Below, in pieces: positions 1-12,414 of a stretch of 64,000 bases of DNA. The stretch spans positions 53,012,001 through 53,076,000 of the forward strand of contig NC_045696.1 in assembly GCF_009834535.1 (NCBI RefSeq), written 5' to 3'. The notes under the pieces are model-generated. The model ran no database searches. It was not told the origin of the DNA and was given only the letters and a program-made list of their open reading frames with translations. How positions within the stretch are numbered: position 1 is the stretch's first letter; each line of letters starts with the position of its first letter. The position numbers and the translations under genes were made by a program. The stretch is from Camelus ferus (lineage: Eukaryota).

Positions 1-307
1 TAACGAAATAACTTTAGTTTAACATTATATATTTCTCTCCCATGAGGGAAGAGTCTAGACTGGATATGTTAATACCTGGGTGAGTTATAAAGTTAGAAGT
101 AAGACAGACAGTGCTATAGCATTAATGGAGTCTAAGAGTACTATCAGGCAAGGATTCAAACTTGGAAATGAATTGAAAGAGAATGTCTGACCAAGGGGTT
201 AAAACCCAACCTCCAATGAGAAAGGGGATTTCAGACTCTTCAGAGTCCTCTTAGTTCTTCTTAGACCAATGTTTTTCCACTGACCCAATCAAAATAGAAA
301 ATATGTC

Positions 308-790
308 TTTCTTTAATTGAAGTACAGTTGATGTACAGTATTATATAAGTTACAGGTGTACAGTGCAGTGAGCCACAATTTTTAAAGATTATACTCCATT
401 TACAGTTATTATAAAATATTGGCTATATTCCCTATGTTGTCCAATATATCCTGTAGCTTATTTTTTTAATGGAAGTCCTGAGGATTGAACCCAAGACCTC
501 ATGCCTGCTCAGCACGCATGCTACCACTGAGCTCTACTCATCCACCACCCGTAGCTTATTTTATACGTAACAGTTTATACCTGTTACTCCCCTACCCCTG
601 TCGTGCCCCTGACTCCTTCTCTCTCCACACTGGTAATCACTAGTCAGTTTCTATATCTGTGAGTCTGTTTCTTTTTTGGTATAGTCAGTAGTTCGTTGTA
701 TTTTTTAGATTCCACATATAAGTGATACCATACAATATTTGTCTTTCTCTGCCTGACTTATTTCACTTAGCATAATACCCTCCAAGTCCT
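308..790 (-). mobile_element. L1 3' end (artiodactyl-type 3'UTR plus ORF2 end), 5'-truncated, interrupted by a SINE
   Basis: ttaattgaagtacagttg...tagattccacatataagtgataccatacaatatttgtctttctctgcctgacttatttcacttagcataat is typical antisense L1 3' sequence. Confidence 0.9.
465..550 (-). mobile_element. Short tRNA-derived SINE (camelid Vic-1-like)
   Basis: Minus strand has A box (TAGAGCTCAGTGG), B box (GGTTCAATCC) and A tail; perfect 12-bp TSD GTAGCTTATTTT at 453-464 and 551-562. Confidence 0.88.
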
Positions 791-1518
791 CAAGATTTCT
801 ATACACAGGGTTGGTGTCAAATCTGGTTTCTGGCTTGGACAAGAGAATTGTACAGCACTTGCTAAATTCTCAGCCTAAGGAGCTAAGTTCTCAGTGTACC
901 TTTTGAATGTTGCAGGTATAAAAGGTTACTGAGGATGTAAAAACCTTTGTAGAAATGAAGTGCATAGAAACTGTGTAACCATGAACAATCCTGACACCAC
1001 ATGAGGCACACTTGAGAAAGGGACTTCTCTGGAATGTAAGAAGAAAGATTTAAAAACAAAGTTAAATGAAGATAGGAGCTGCATTGCTCACAGAAGGGAG
1101 ATCAAACACTCCATAGAAAATACATGTTACAGTGCAATTGCCCTCTGGGAGTCACAGGATTATGAAAGTCTAACTTAATTAAGGGAGAAAATAGGTCACA
1201 TTTAACAACTGCATATGTGACACATCATTTTGACTATACAGAGTAAGTGAGGAGGAGAGAAAAATTAAGAAATCAGAAATATAAGGCAGGCAACCATGGG
1301 ATGCATCAATCTCTTCTCCTCCATCTATGTTGGGTATATGTTTTGATTTTGTATGTATTAAAAAATCCACCATTTTTCTAATTTCCCTCTTTAAAAATAT
1401 TTGCAGTGTACCTGAAAAAGAAATTTCAGGTGTCAAAATTTCAAAAGAGAAACAAAATGACCCAACCAAAATGTTTTTTTTTAAAGAACTGAATTAAGAG
1501 ATAATAAATATTCTTCTC

Positions 1519-1549
<31 letters not shown>

Positions 1550-2285
1550 AACATCTTGCACCTTCTTTCCTTTCTCCCCATCACGTCATCAAGTGACAGG
1601 TAATCAGATACTTGTGAACTCTGCATGAGATCTTCCCCCTTTCAGGGCTCAGTGTCCCTGTGGGGTCGAGCTAATTACAGGTACGTTTCCTCAGCAAGGC
1701 AGTCACACTCTGTACAGTTGCAGGTACAATTAATAATTGAACAAAGCTAGCTTGAGTTTTTTGCTCGTATGGCCATGGGTTGCAGGTAGCTTTGTTGCCA
1801 CATGGGGAGCAGAGCCTCTTCTTTGAGTGTCTCCCGAAAAGGCTTTGCATTATAGGCTGAAAAGGATCACTCTCTGCTTGCAAATTTTGAAAAGGGGGAA
1901 AAAAACCACACAAAACAAAAATTCTAGTTTCCTATATAGAATAATAAAGACAAATTCTCTCTTCCGTAACCAGGAATATGATTATGATCAGGTGGTTATT
2001 TAGGTCAGATGTGAAAGAGATGAAAGAGTAGGCTTGAGAATTAATACCAGGTGTAGGGAGAACTGGAGTCTGCCCTTCAGGCTGTGAATGTAGCAGGGGG
2101 CTAGTTTTGCATGTGCCAGAACAGCATTTGACCCACAGAGAGGGCCTAGATAGAGGATTATAGAGGAATGTGTTCCTTCCCTGGAGATGTCTTTAGAAAC
2201 TTAATGGAGGATATCCCCAAAGCCCCATGGGGTCATAGATGAGGGCAGAAAATCCTTGTCCTGTGCCCCAAGCCACAGTCTTGAG

Positions 2286-2635
2286 CAGGGGTCTGTAAAC
2301 GATTCTGTAAAAGGCAAGATAGACAATATTTCAGGCTTTAGGGGCTAAGCCATACCTCTTGCAACTGAATTTTGCTGTTTCATTAAAAAAAAAAAAGCAG
2401 CCATAGATAACATGTAAATGAATAAGCATGGCTGTGTTTCACTAAAACTTTATTTATGGGCTTTGAAATTTGAATGTCATATTTTTTGCATGTTACAAAA
2501 TAGATTTTTTTTTTTTTATTTTTAACTATCTAAAAATTTAACCATTTAACCGTTTAAAAATTACTCTTAGCTTGCAGGTACTAAGAACAGAGGCAGATTG
2601 GATTTGGCCCAGGGACTATAGTTTTCTGACCCCTC
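2286..2635. mobile_element. hAT-Charlie non-autonomous DNA transposon, MER58B-like
   Basis: Termini CAGGGGTCTGTAAAC...GTTTTCTGACCCCT; internal GCAGCCATAGATAACATGTAAATGAATAAGCATGGCTGTGTT and GGATTTGGCCC motifs; about 350 bp. Confidence 0.85.
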
Positions 2636-4686
2636 GCCAGACTACTGGGAATCCCTGTGTGTACATCAATTTCTCTGGTTGATTTCGAAGTCTCTAGGGT
2701 TCTCTGAGTGTATGTAAGTGCTGTCTTTATTCTGGAATATCTGGCTTGCCCTTTGGTCTTTCGATGATTTAAAACATCATGGATAACCAGGTTGTTCAGG
2801 GGTCAGATCATATGTTTACTTTCATTAGAAAGTTTTCTAGAGTTAGCCATGAAGATCTGAACTCCTAGAACAAGTCTGTGAAGAGTGTCTTGAAACTCTG
2901 GTTTGATCTCATTGCTTTTCTGAACTGAGAGGATACAAAAGAATATATTTCTAGGTTCAGTTCACCAACAGCATTTTTCCTGAAAAAAAAAACTATTTGC
3001 TAGTCAACAGTGCACCAAAGGAATAAAGTATTTTTATTAATGAAGTTCTTTCCTTGACTATAATTTGAATATAATCTAGCTTCCTTCCTTTCCTTTCTTT
3101 TATCTACCACTTATTTCACAAAAATTAAGAAATTATAAATAATCTATTTACAAACTTTTGAATTACTTATAAAAGGTGAAACAATATGAAAGTAATGATA
3201 AGAAAACAAGACGGAAGCAAGAATGTGTCTGTATATGGATCTGACGCCCTTAAATCCCACATAGTTTGTTTAAAGTCCATTTCATTAACGTCTAATTTAT
3301 ATATGATTTCCTCTATTTACAGATCAGTCATAAATTTGGCTCTAAGTTTGGTAATCATCAATACAATGAAGGACTCGTGATTATTTGTAAAAATTCATTA
3401 GTTCACTTCAAAAAAACAAACCACTGCTTAGAAAAATGACAGTCAAAATATTGAGAACAGAGGAAATTCCTTAAAGGGTCCATTCAGAAGAAACTATGTA
3501 ATAGAAAGAACAATGTCTCAGAAACATTACAGAAAATGCAGTAATTTTAAAGGGTATCTTGTTAAATAATATATTTAAAGATGTGCCAAAAACTTTAAAC
3601 CAAATTGTCATTCAGTAAAAGCATTTCTACATGGGACAGGTCTAGGTGGTGTGGGATTGGAGGTTAATATAATTCCATTCAAGTAGAATATGCTCTGGAG
3701 GCTTAAGTTAATCCAGGGGAAAGGTATATGGTATCTAGAGGTTCCTACTTCAGATAATCCTGCATGTGTATTTTTCCCATGTGAGGTTTCAAATGGGAAT
3801 GAGATGATACGCGTTTGAGGTTGATCTCCCAAATAAGTGCCTCATTTATTGCTTTTATATTTTATCAATAAATGATAAGTTGTATGCGTGAACAATAAGA
3901 ATGAGTTTTGAATGACATTCTCTTAACAAAATAGAAGTCTCTAATAAGAATAGCTGCCTAAATAAAAGCCCATTTCATAGGCTGGTTCAAACTTCACCTG
4001 ATAAATTAACTTGAGGGCTAATATGAAATAGAGGCCCATATTCTCAGACCACAAAATACAAAAGTATTTAAAGATGCTATAACCAAACACTACCCTGGCC
4101 TGGACTTTTAGAAATATCTCAGGATAGCTCCCATTGTATATCTAGCTTTGCACAATAATTTTTCACAGTGTTTATTTCAAAATTAATATGTTATTAACTA
4201 AATCTCTAGATATTTATATGAGGAAACTTTAAGAGAATATCAGATATAAATCAGTTAAATATTGGGGGCTATCTACCAAAAAAATGAAATTTTATAAGAA
4301 TAATTGACCCATTACTCCTCTTTCTGGAAAAACTAAATAGCAGGCCCCATTCTACAAATATTGTGTCATTTTCAAAGGCATCATTTTGTGTATAAAAATG
4401 TAATCTGTGGAGTACGGGAGGATGCATGCAATTAATTCTAAAGAATTTGGTAAAATCTTTAAATGAAGCTCAAAAGGCAGCAAGGCCTCAGAACTAAGTT
4501 ATAGTTATGATGGTGGGAAGGGGTAGAGGAGGATGCAGAAGACATTCCTGGGAAGTGATTTTCTGACTTTTATTGAGTTAGCCTCAATAGATGGGGATCC
4601 ATGATGGGCTTATGCAGCTTAGTCCCTGACTGGTGCCCCTCCACAGAGCCAAATACTGAGAATAGCATATTAGAAATCACAGACAA

Positions 4687-5502
4687 CAAAAGCGGTCATA
4701 GAGGGAACAGATCCTAACATAATAAAAAATATTTTTTATGACAAACCCACAGCCAACATAATACTCAACAGTGAAAAGTTCAAAGCCTTCTTGCTAAAAT
4801 CTGGACAAATACAAGGATGCCCACTCTCACCACTCTATTCAACACAGTATTGGAAGTCCTAGCCATAGCAATCAGACAAGAAAAAGAAATAAAGGGGATC
4901 CAAATTGGAAGAGAAGTAAAATTGTCACTTTATGTGGTTGACATGGTACTATATATAGAAAACCTTAATGACTGCATAAAAACTACTAGAGCTGATAAAA
5001 AAAATTTAGCAAGGTAGCAAGATACAAGGTTAACATACAGAAATCTGTTGCATTTCTCTCTACTAATAGTGAAATATCAGAAAAGTAAACAAAACAAAAC
5101 AAAACAAAAAACCTTCCAAAATCATATAAAAAAAAAAAATTAGGAATAAACCTAACCAAGGAGGTGAAAGACTTATACACAGCAAACTATAAAACACTAT
5201 CTAAAGAAATTAAAGATGACCTAAATAAATGGAACAATACTGCATGCTCTTGGATTGGAAGAATTAATATTGTTAAAATGGCCATACTACCCAAAACAAT
5301 CTGCAGATTTAATATAATCTCTATCAAATTTCCCAGGACATTTTTCACAGAATTAGAACAAATAATCCTAAAATTTATATGGAATCACAAAAGACCCAGA
5401 ACTGCCAAAACAATACTGAAGAAAAAGAATGAAGCTGGAGGAATAACCCTCCCAGACTTCAGATAATACTACAAAGCTACAGTAATCAAAATAGCATGGT
5501 AT
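4687..5502 (+). mobile_element. L1 ORF2 internal fragment (RT region), frameshifted, lacking both ends
   Basis: ORFs 4817-5017 ([25 protein letters not shown]) and 5164-5466 ([17 protein letters not shown]...GGITLPDFR) are L1 ORF2 motifs. Confidence 0.95.
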
Positions 5503-5972
5503 AGAAGTCACAGGCAATTTTGTATTATTCCTAAAAGGTTTCTTCACAAGCTGTTACATATTTGGAAACAATATTTAAAAGCAAAGCAAAATAAAAAGCA
5601 TACAAAGAACTATTTATATTTAGTCCATACAAAATATTGTCCCAAGTCACGAAAGCACTGACCTGGCATATATTTTAGACATATTATTACATCTTTTAAT
5701 GCATTTAATGCTTCTATATTTGTTGCCTTGACCCCAAGGCAATATGAAAATGAAATATGATATATATATATATTTCGTTCTACAGCTGTAGACTTTATAG
5801 AGATGAACACATTAGAAAAGACCAGAAAGGGACCTAAATAAGTCCTGTGTCACTATTCCATTAGCATTTTAATAACAAGATAGATGCTTTCCTTTCGGGT
5901 CCAATGGACTCTCAGAAGCATGAGGGTATTTTAAACAGTTTGTGTCATTTTGGAGACTGGAGGGTTACTTAC

Positions 5973-6098
5973 CAGTTGGTGTAAGGTGTCTCCAGGTGAT
6001 AACAGGTTCAGGACGGCCATTAGCCATGCAGACCAGGGTCACGTTGCTGCCCTCATTCACAGTGACATCCGAGGATATGTTGGAGATCTTTGGTGGAA
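5973..6098 (-). CDS. LSAMP: Internal coding exon of limbic system-associated membrane protein (IgLON family), first half of Ig domain 2; conventionally exon 3
   Basis: Minus strand reads ...ccttttctttatAG|TT CCA CCA AAG...ACA CCA ACT G|GTAAGT and translates (V)[41 protein letters not shown](G). This matches LSAMP as I recall it and differs from the NTM/OPCML/NEGR1 paralogs. Ig Cys and Trp and two N-glycosylation sequons (NIS, NVT) are present; 126 bp, phase 1-1. Confidence 0.97.
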
Positions 6099-6147
6099 CT
6101 ATAAAGAAAAGGCAAATGGAATATGTAAAGAAATAGGCATATCAGTA
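6099..6147 (-). promoter_or_regulatory. LSAMP: 3' splice site: branch point, polypyrimidine tract and AG
   Basis: Minus strand TACTGAT (6141-6147, branch consensus yUnAy about 44 nt upstream of the exon), then a pyrimidine-rich AG-free tract ending in TAG. Confidence 0.75.
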
Positions 6148-6769
6148 AAAGCAGGTTTGCAGCCCTGGTCCATGCAACTGAAAGTGGCAAGTTTGAGCTA
6201 ACTGCTTTTGTGACTTAAATCATTTGAGTTTTTGTTTAAGGAAGCCTGGGTGCTTTATGATCTCCTTAGAGACTTACTGAGCAGATGAAAAGCATGGGTC
6301 TTACTATAAAGGTTAGAATCTCCCCATTATGGTCAAGTGCTGTAGGAAGTACACAGAGTAATATAATGAAAATGTCTTAGCTCTCTTCTGATTAGAATGG
6401 ACCTTTTGTGGTTATTAGAGAAAATGTACATTTATACACATTAAGAATAAATTTTCTTATCACTAAGTGTTACTTGCCTTTATTTTCCTATGTATATAAA
6501 ATGAATTTAGTCCAATCTTTCCTCCAAATGCCAGGAGAAAAAAAAAACAGTATTATTTAGTATAAGATTGCATAGATATGTTATTAAGATGTGTAATACC
6601 TGGTTGCTAATAATCTAGCCACATATCATTTTGGTGTGTGACAGGCCTGATGATGTGACTTAGAGCTTAAAAATTAAATTCCTAAGGCCTATGTCACAGA
6701 CAAGTAGACACTACAAAAATATTACTGTTACTCCAAATACCATTACCACCATTGTTACTAACACTTTAA

Positions 6770-6980
6770 TAATAGCTAACTTTAATTAAGCATTTATCAT
6801 ACATAAGACCTCATATAGATTATTTTACAAGTATTATCTCAATAACTCCTTATAATAGGGAAATAATATCCTATGTGATTTTACTTACGGGTAGGAAACT
6901 AAGCTATAAAGGGGCTAAGTGAGAAGCAGAAACAGATTTGTATCTGAAAAGACTGGGGCCCATGCTCTTCAGCCCTACTT
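6770..6980 (-). mobile_element. MIR SINE
   Basis: aatagctaac...aagcattta...aggaaactaagct...gcccatgctctt resembles reverse MIR. Confidence 0.65.
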
Positions 6981-7779
6981 GAACGAAACTTCATCTTCAC
7001 AATCCAGGTTACCAGATGGCCCAAAATGACAGAAATTACTTTTTGGTGATGTGAGAAATGAGTTCCCAGGGGCTATCTGTACTGCCGTCTGACTTCCTTC
7101 ATTAGTGTTCAGGGCGGCAACGTGAGATCTCACATTGGTGGGCTTAAGTGGAAAGTGAATTACTTACTCACAAATTTCATCACAGAGGTTATGCACTGAT
7201 TACAAATTGCAGAGTTTATGCTTTGACTGTGATTTTCTTTTTTTTTCCCCCAAGCTGTTAGTTGCTTATGCTGTCCCTGAGAAAGTGTGTGTCAGGATGA
7301 GGGAGGAAGACAAGAAAGCATGAAGGAATTCAATAATTTTAAAAATCTTATTTTTTTCTCACTCTTCTTGCCCCTTACTGACCCTGTGCAGTAACAAATA
7401 AAACAGAAATATTTTCTGCTTATAGAGGCAGCTGTCTGACAACCATAGGATCCTTGAAGATCCCTGTTAGCAGTCATTGATGGTCCTTGGGAAACTGACC
7501 AGGTCAGAGTGTCACAAAAAGGAAGTGGGAGGAGGATTATCTTGACCTTAGCATTCTTCTCAAAATGACATCTTATATGGCCTCTGGATAGGACCCAGTG
7601 ATTCCAGATCAAAACCAATGGCAGAAATAGAATGTAGTTGATTCCTGTTATTTAGCAACTGCTATTTGTAGAGTTTCTGTTTCCCCTTTTATCTATTTGG
7701 GTTAAGAATAGTTTTCTCATGTTCATACACTGACTTGCCATATACTCTCCCAGACTTTTACAATGAGGACCTGAAAGGT

Positions 7780-7900
7780 TGTAACCATTTCATAGGGAAG
7801 AACATGAGGCACAGAGGGAAATAATGGCTTGTCAAGGGTGATCCAATTAAGAAACAGGGCTAGGCTTAGAACTCAGAGCTCCAGAATATCCAGTTGTTCT
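7780..7900 (-). mobile_element. MIR SINE fragment
   Basis: ccatttcataggg...atgaggcacagagg...cttgtcaaggg core. Confidence 0.55.
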
Positions 7901-8699
7901 ACTGTTTAATAGTTACGGTTTCTAATTCCCAGCTGAGTAAGCCAGTCGTTCTGAACAACTCCAAAAACCTACAATACAATATAAATCTATGATGATGCTC
8001 GAGAATAGGATTTAGACGTCCTAGGCACCTTCCTCAACAATCTAAAACCTGTAACAAGAAGCTATATAGTAATAATAAGAGCTCATGTCACTCAATTTAT
8101 AGTTAATTCTGAATTCCAAGACAGGACACAGAGTAGAGAAAAGAAATACAGATGTGTTCTGGTTAAAGAAAAAAAAGGGAGGAAGGGGGAAGGACTCCGT
8201 ATCTCTAATACATAAACATGCAATTTACAAGACAGAGAAAATCTCCAGTGATCAAGGTCCCAGAGAGTTATTATCTATGATAAAATTTACTCACATTACT
8301 TCTCCTTTAGAGGAGGGATACACATGTACTAAGGACTTTGATTTTACATGGTGTGCAAGTGCATTCACTTGCTCAATGATACATAAACAGTTGGTGATAA
8401 AATTGGGAATAAAATCTAGAATAATTAACTACAGGGCTATGTTTTGGCCACCAAACTATATTGTTTCTCCATATGAAGGGTGACACATTCAGGTCCTGTA
8501 TCTCAGATACTGGAGATACAGAAAGTATTTGTGTTGAACAGTTAGAAATGTGATCATGTTGACATTGTATCTCACCTTCCACTGGGTCACTAACCAATAG
8601 ATTTTAGTCCATTTTTGTCTTCTGACCTTATTGTACTTTGTATCAGCTTCTTCCCATAAGCATATATGATGTAGTCTTTTGCTCTAGAAAGAAATCCCT

Positions 8700-10262
8700 C
8701 CTTAAATCCTGCCTTATCCTCTTACTTACTTTCAACCTCTCTATCTCCAAATTTCTTGAAGGAACTGTTCAATACCATGTCTTCATCTCCCATTCACACC
8801 CCAACCTTCAGTGTGATCTGGATTCTCTCATTAACCTCCAAAGAAACTGCTCTCAAGAAACTCACCAATTTGTTTGAACAATGTTGTTTCCGGGTCCAAT
8901 GGACAATTTTTGTTATTATTCCTATTTTTAATGTATTTGACTTTGTTGACCATAACCTCCTTCTTCCTTTTCTTAGTTTCTTAGTTTCTAGGTCCTAGTT
9001 TTTAGGTCACCAAACTCAACAGCTCTTCCTCTTACCCCTCTGGCAAGTCTTCCAAGTTTAACTTCTGGCCTTTTCTTGTCCCTTAAGTATCTGAGGGTTT
9101 GGTCACTGCCTTCTTTTTTGTATGAGTCACTGTGAGTGATCTCACCTACTCTCTAGCTTCAGAAGCTAAGGCTGTGTTACTGATGACTCCCAAGTCACCA
9201 TCTTCAACCCAGATTCTTCTCCTGAATTTTGTATCTTCACTTTCAGTGAACTAACTATTCTACATTTCCATTGACTGTCCCACAGAAATCCAAGATTCAA
9301 CATGCTCAGAATTGGAGTTATCATCTTCCTTCCCACAGAGCACCTGTAATCTTGTGATCACTTTTTCAGTAATGATGTCACCATGCAAACAGTTGCCCAA
9401 ACCAAAAAAGAAGTTTATTTCCCTTGTCTTCTCTCTCTCCTTTACTGACCCCTCACATAAAACAGATCCCTAAGTTCCATGGCTTTTGACTTTTAAACAT
9501 CTCTCACATTAATTTATGACTCTCAATCCCTATTCGCACTAGTCTTGTTCCAGCCATCAACATTTCTTTTTTGTCCTGAATTACTGCAAAAGCATTACAA
9601 GTAGTTTCTTTGCCTCTAGGCTTCCTCTCCACAAGCTCACTGTCATTCATTCACCATACTACAATCAGATTTTTTTTGCCCTAAATTGAAATGTGAGTAT
9701 AGCAGCCCTTGATTAATCTCATTGCCCTCAAGATAAAATCCAAACTTCTTAATATGGCTTAATAGGTCATTCATGGTTAGTCTCTGCTTTTCTATCTAGC
9801 TTTATTTCCTATTCCTTCTGCATTGTTGCATCATCCAGTCAGATCAAACAACTTTGGGTTCCTGGCATATACTGTCCTCATTTAATCCCAGGCATTTAAT
9901 ATTCTCTTTTTTCACTCTACATGGAATAAGCCTTAATTCTTCATGTGGTTATCCCCTTTCCTCCTTTAGGTTTCAACTTGTCAGCTTGTTTTCTCTCTTT
10001 TTCCAGGAGGACTATCCTGCCATTCCCACCCCCGCCTGGCTCCTGACTCCATACTGGGCACCCTCCTGGGTCCTCACACTGTACCTTGTATTTCTCTGCA
10101 CAGCACTGAACCATAATTGCTGGATTATTCACCTGTGCCTGTTACTAAACTGAAAGAGGCAGGCAGGAGGGCCTTTGTTTCCTTGACCACTGAATCTTAC
10201 AGAGCATGGTATTAAGAATACGGTTAGTGCTCACAGAGTGTTTGAAAAAAGAAATGAATGAA
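8700..10262 (+). mobile_element. L2 LINE 3' portion (degenerate)
   Basis: L2 hallmarks aactgctctc...ctcaccaat, atttgactttgttgaccat, tgatgactcccaa, caacatgctcagaattgg, taaaatccaaacttctt and tail agtgctcacagagtgtttg...aatgaatg. Confidence 0.8.
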
Positions 10263-10689
10263 AATTTTCTCCCCAATTCTTTTCTGAGCTCAATGAAGTC
10301 ATTGCATTGAATTTTTGTCAGAAAGGAGCAAGCCTTTATTTTGAACCAGCTTTTATTAATATTTAAATATTTCTTTAGCTACCCATCTAGCCATCTATTT
10401 CACTATCAATTTCTCTGACTCAATTAAAAAAAAAATGGGGCAGAAAAATATTTGTATATTTTGGAAACATAGGAACCAAGATAAACTTAGTATCCAACTT
10501 TCTCAATTATAGACTTTTCAGGGTTTTCACTTATTTCTCTTCTTTTCTATAAGGAGTCATTTATATATATATATTTGCATGTATATAAATACATATGTAA
10601 CTCTTTTTGTGTAATGGGTTCATAGTTCCTTCCTAGTTTCCTGTAGCAATTCATCAGTCTACATTTACACCATAACTGATAATATAACA

Positions 10690-10900
10690 TTAAAGTGGCA
10701 AATCAAAGTTTTGATTCTGTTACCTCGTAAAACTTTGTAAAGATTCTGGGAAGTAAAAAGTATCCTTATTCTTATTGCCGTTTTACAGATGTGGACATAA
10801 GGGACACAGTGGATAAAAAACACATTAGAATTACAGAGCTAGGACCAAAACCAAAGGCTTGTAGATTTGTCAGACTTAACCCTTCCTATAGCTCACATTC
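10690..10900 (-). mobile_element. MIR SINE fragment
   Basis: ttttacagatgtggacataaggg...acagagctagg core. Confidence 0.55.
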
Positions 10901-11049
10901 ACTTTTGCAAAAGTGGTTCCTAATAGTATTTTTTTCACTTTATTTTCATTCTTGGTAAGGATTACTACTTAGGAAATACTGTTTAACATGATATTCTTAC
11001 TTGCATCAGCAAGTATACGTTGTTCATCAAAATCACTGTAATACTGATT

Positions 11050-11620
11050 TATGTTCAACTCTTGGGTTGCCACAGTATTCTGGGTAGTTGTTTTTTTTTT
11101 CTTTTTTCTGGAATATTTCCTAATAATTTTTATTCATAGTATATCAGTATGATTTTTCATATTTTTCTAAATTTTATGTCATGAACTATTAATGTTTTGA
11201 ACCTATTCATTTTCAGTGACCTTTCCAATTCATCTGGCTTATTTTATTTTTCTTAGCAATTAATGAAAGCTCCTTATACCATAAGGAATTGACCTTTTGT
11301 TGTCATGTTATTTACAATTTCCCCAATTTGTTCCTAACTTCTTAATTTTGTGATCATATTTATTTTGCAGATGCTTTAAATTTTTTTTTTTATCTTTCTT
11401 TGTGATTTTTTTTTGTCATTGCTTTGTTCATATTAGGTCCTTTTCTAACATAAGATCAGTTAAATGCTTCTATTTCTTTGTTTTTTCTTTTAATGGTTTG
11501 TTTCATTTTTTTTAATTCGACTCTTTACATCACCTGGGATTTATTTATGGTATGAACTATAACTAGATTCTTCCCCTTTTTTTTAGTCAATTTCCCCAAT
11601 ACCATGCGTTAAATAATATA
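11050..11620 (-). mobile_element. Ancient L1M fragment
   Basis: T-rich antisense ORF2-like text (agctccttataccataaggaatt, catcacctgggatttatttatggtatga, ccccaataccat). Confidence 0.5.
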
Positions 11621-12414
11621 AAATGTATACATCATTTTGGTTTTCAGAATTACCCTATATAGTGCTACCCATCCGGCCAGAGCAATGTTTCTGGGAAACA
11701 TGTAATTATAAACTTCACTTACTATGCCAAGTACTTTATCAAAATATTTGAAAATATAAGTCACTAATCTTTTGGACCCCACCCTATTATTAGGTGTTGC
11801 CAGTTCCAAAATTAACTGTTTATTAGATGAACACCTCCTAAAATGCTGAGTGAAAAATATAACTTAGATACCCTTCTTTCAGGACACTAGCAAAATTTAT
11901 TATTCAAAGGAATCCTCAGTGTTTCCATTTAAAAAAAATGTAAAATGAATATGCCACACCTAATAGTTCTAATTTTAATTTCTTAATTATTAAATAGGTA
12001 ATATTCTTTCATTGAAATACACATAAGTTCTGTGTTAAAGAAATGTATGTTGTTTTTTTCTATTCAGTACAACCTGAACGACAGTTTCTAAAATATTACT
12101 AACATCTAGCTATCCTGGGATACATGAATTTCTTCAGCTGTGCAATGAGTGAGCATTAAGTAAGATTATGACACAGTCAATCTGGCTCTGGCACCCACAA
12201 TTTTATTCTCCTTCTTCATCACTCTTTTTGTAATTTTCTCACCCACTATTTTTACCAGATCTCCAGGGTCTACCCTGGATATTTTGGATTCAGAGCTGTC
12301 TGTACATGTTTGTACAGCTCTCCAGGTTCCAACTCATCCCTTCTTCTCCTCTGTGTAAGACTAACATCTCTTGTGTATGACCAAAAGTGGAAATGCTGGC
12401 AAAGTCAGGAACAT

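Larger units (their letters stand above)
1..5972 (-). other. LSAMP: Start of the LSAMP intron downstream of the exon
   Basis: Begins with consensus donor GTAAGT (plus strand acttac, 5967-5972); next exon not seen. Confidence 0.8.

Noticed and set aside
465..550. tRNA gene
   Set aside because: Has A and B boxes, but the A tail, TSD and degenerate stems mark it as a SINE.
5942..6201. Plus-strand ORFs of 64 and 83 aa
   Set aside because: Antisense shadows of the LSAMP exon; non-ATG starts and no independent gene signals.
8496..8521. 9-bp inverted repeat; also short palindromes at 47736-47749 and 58353-58370
   Set aside because: A few stems of this size are expected by chance in 64 kb.
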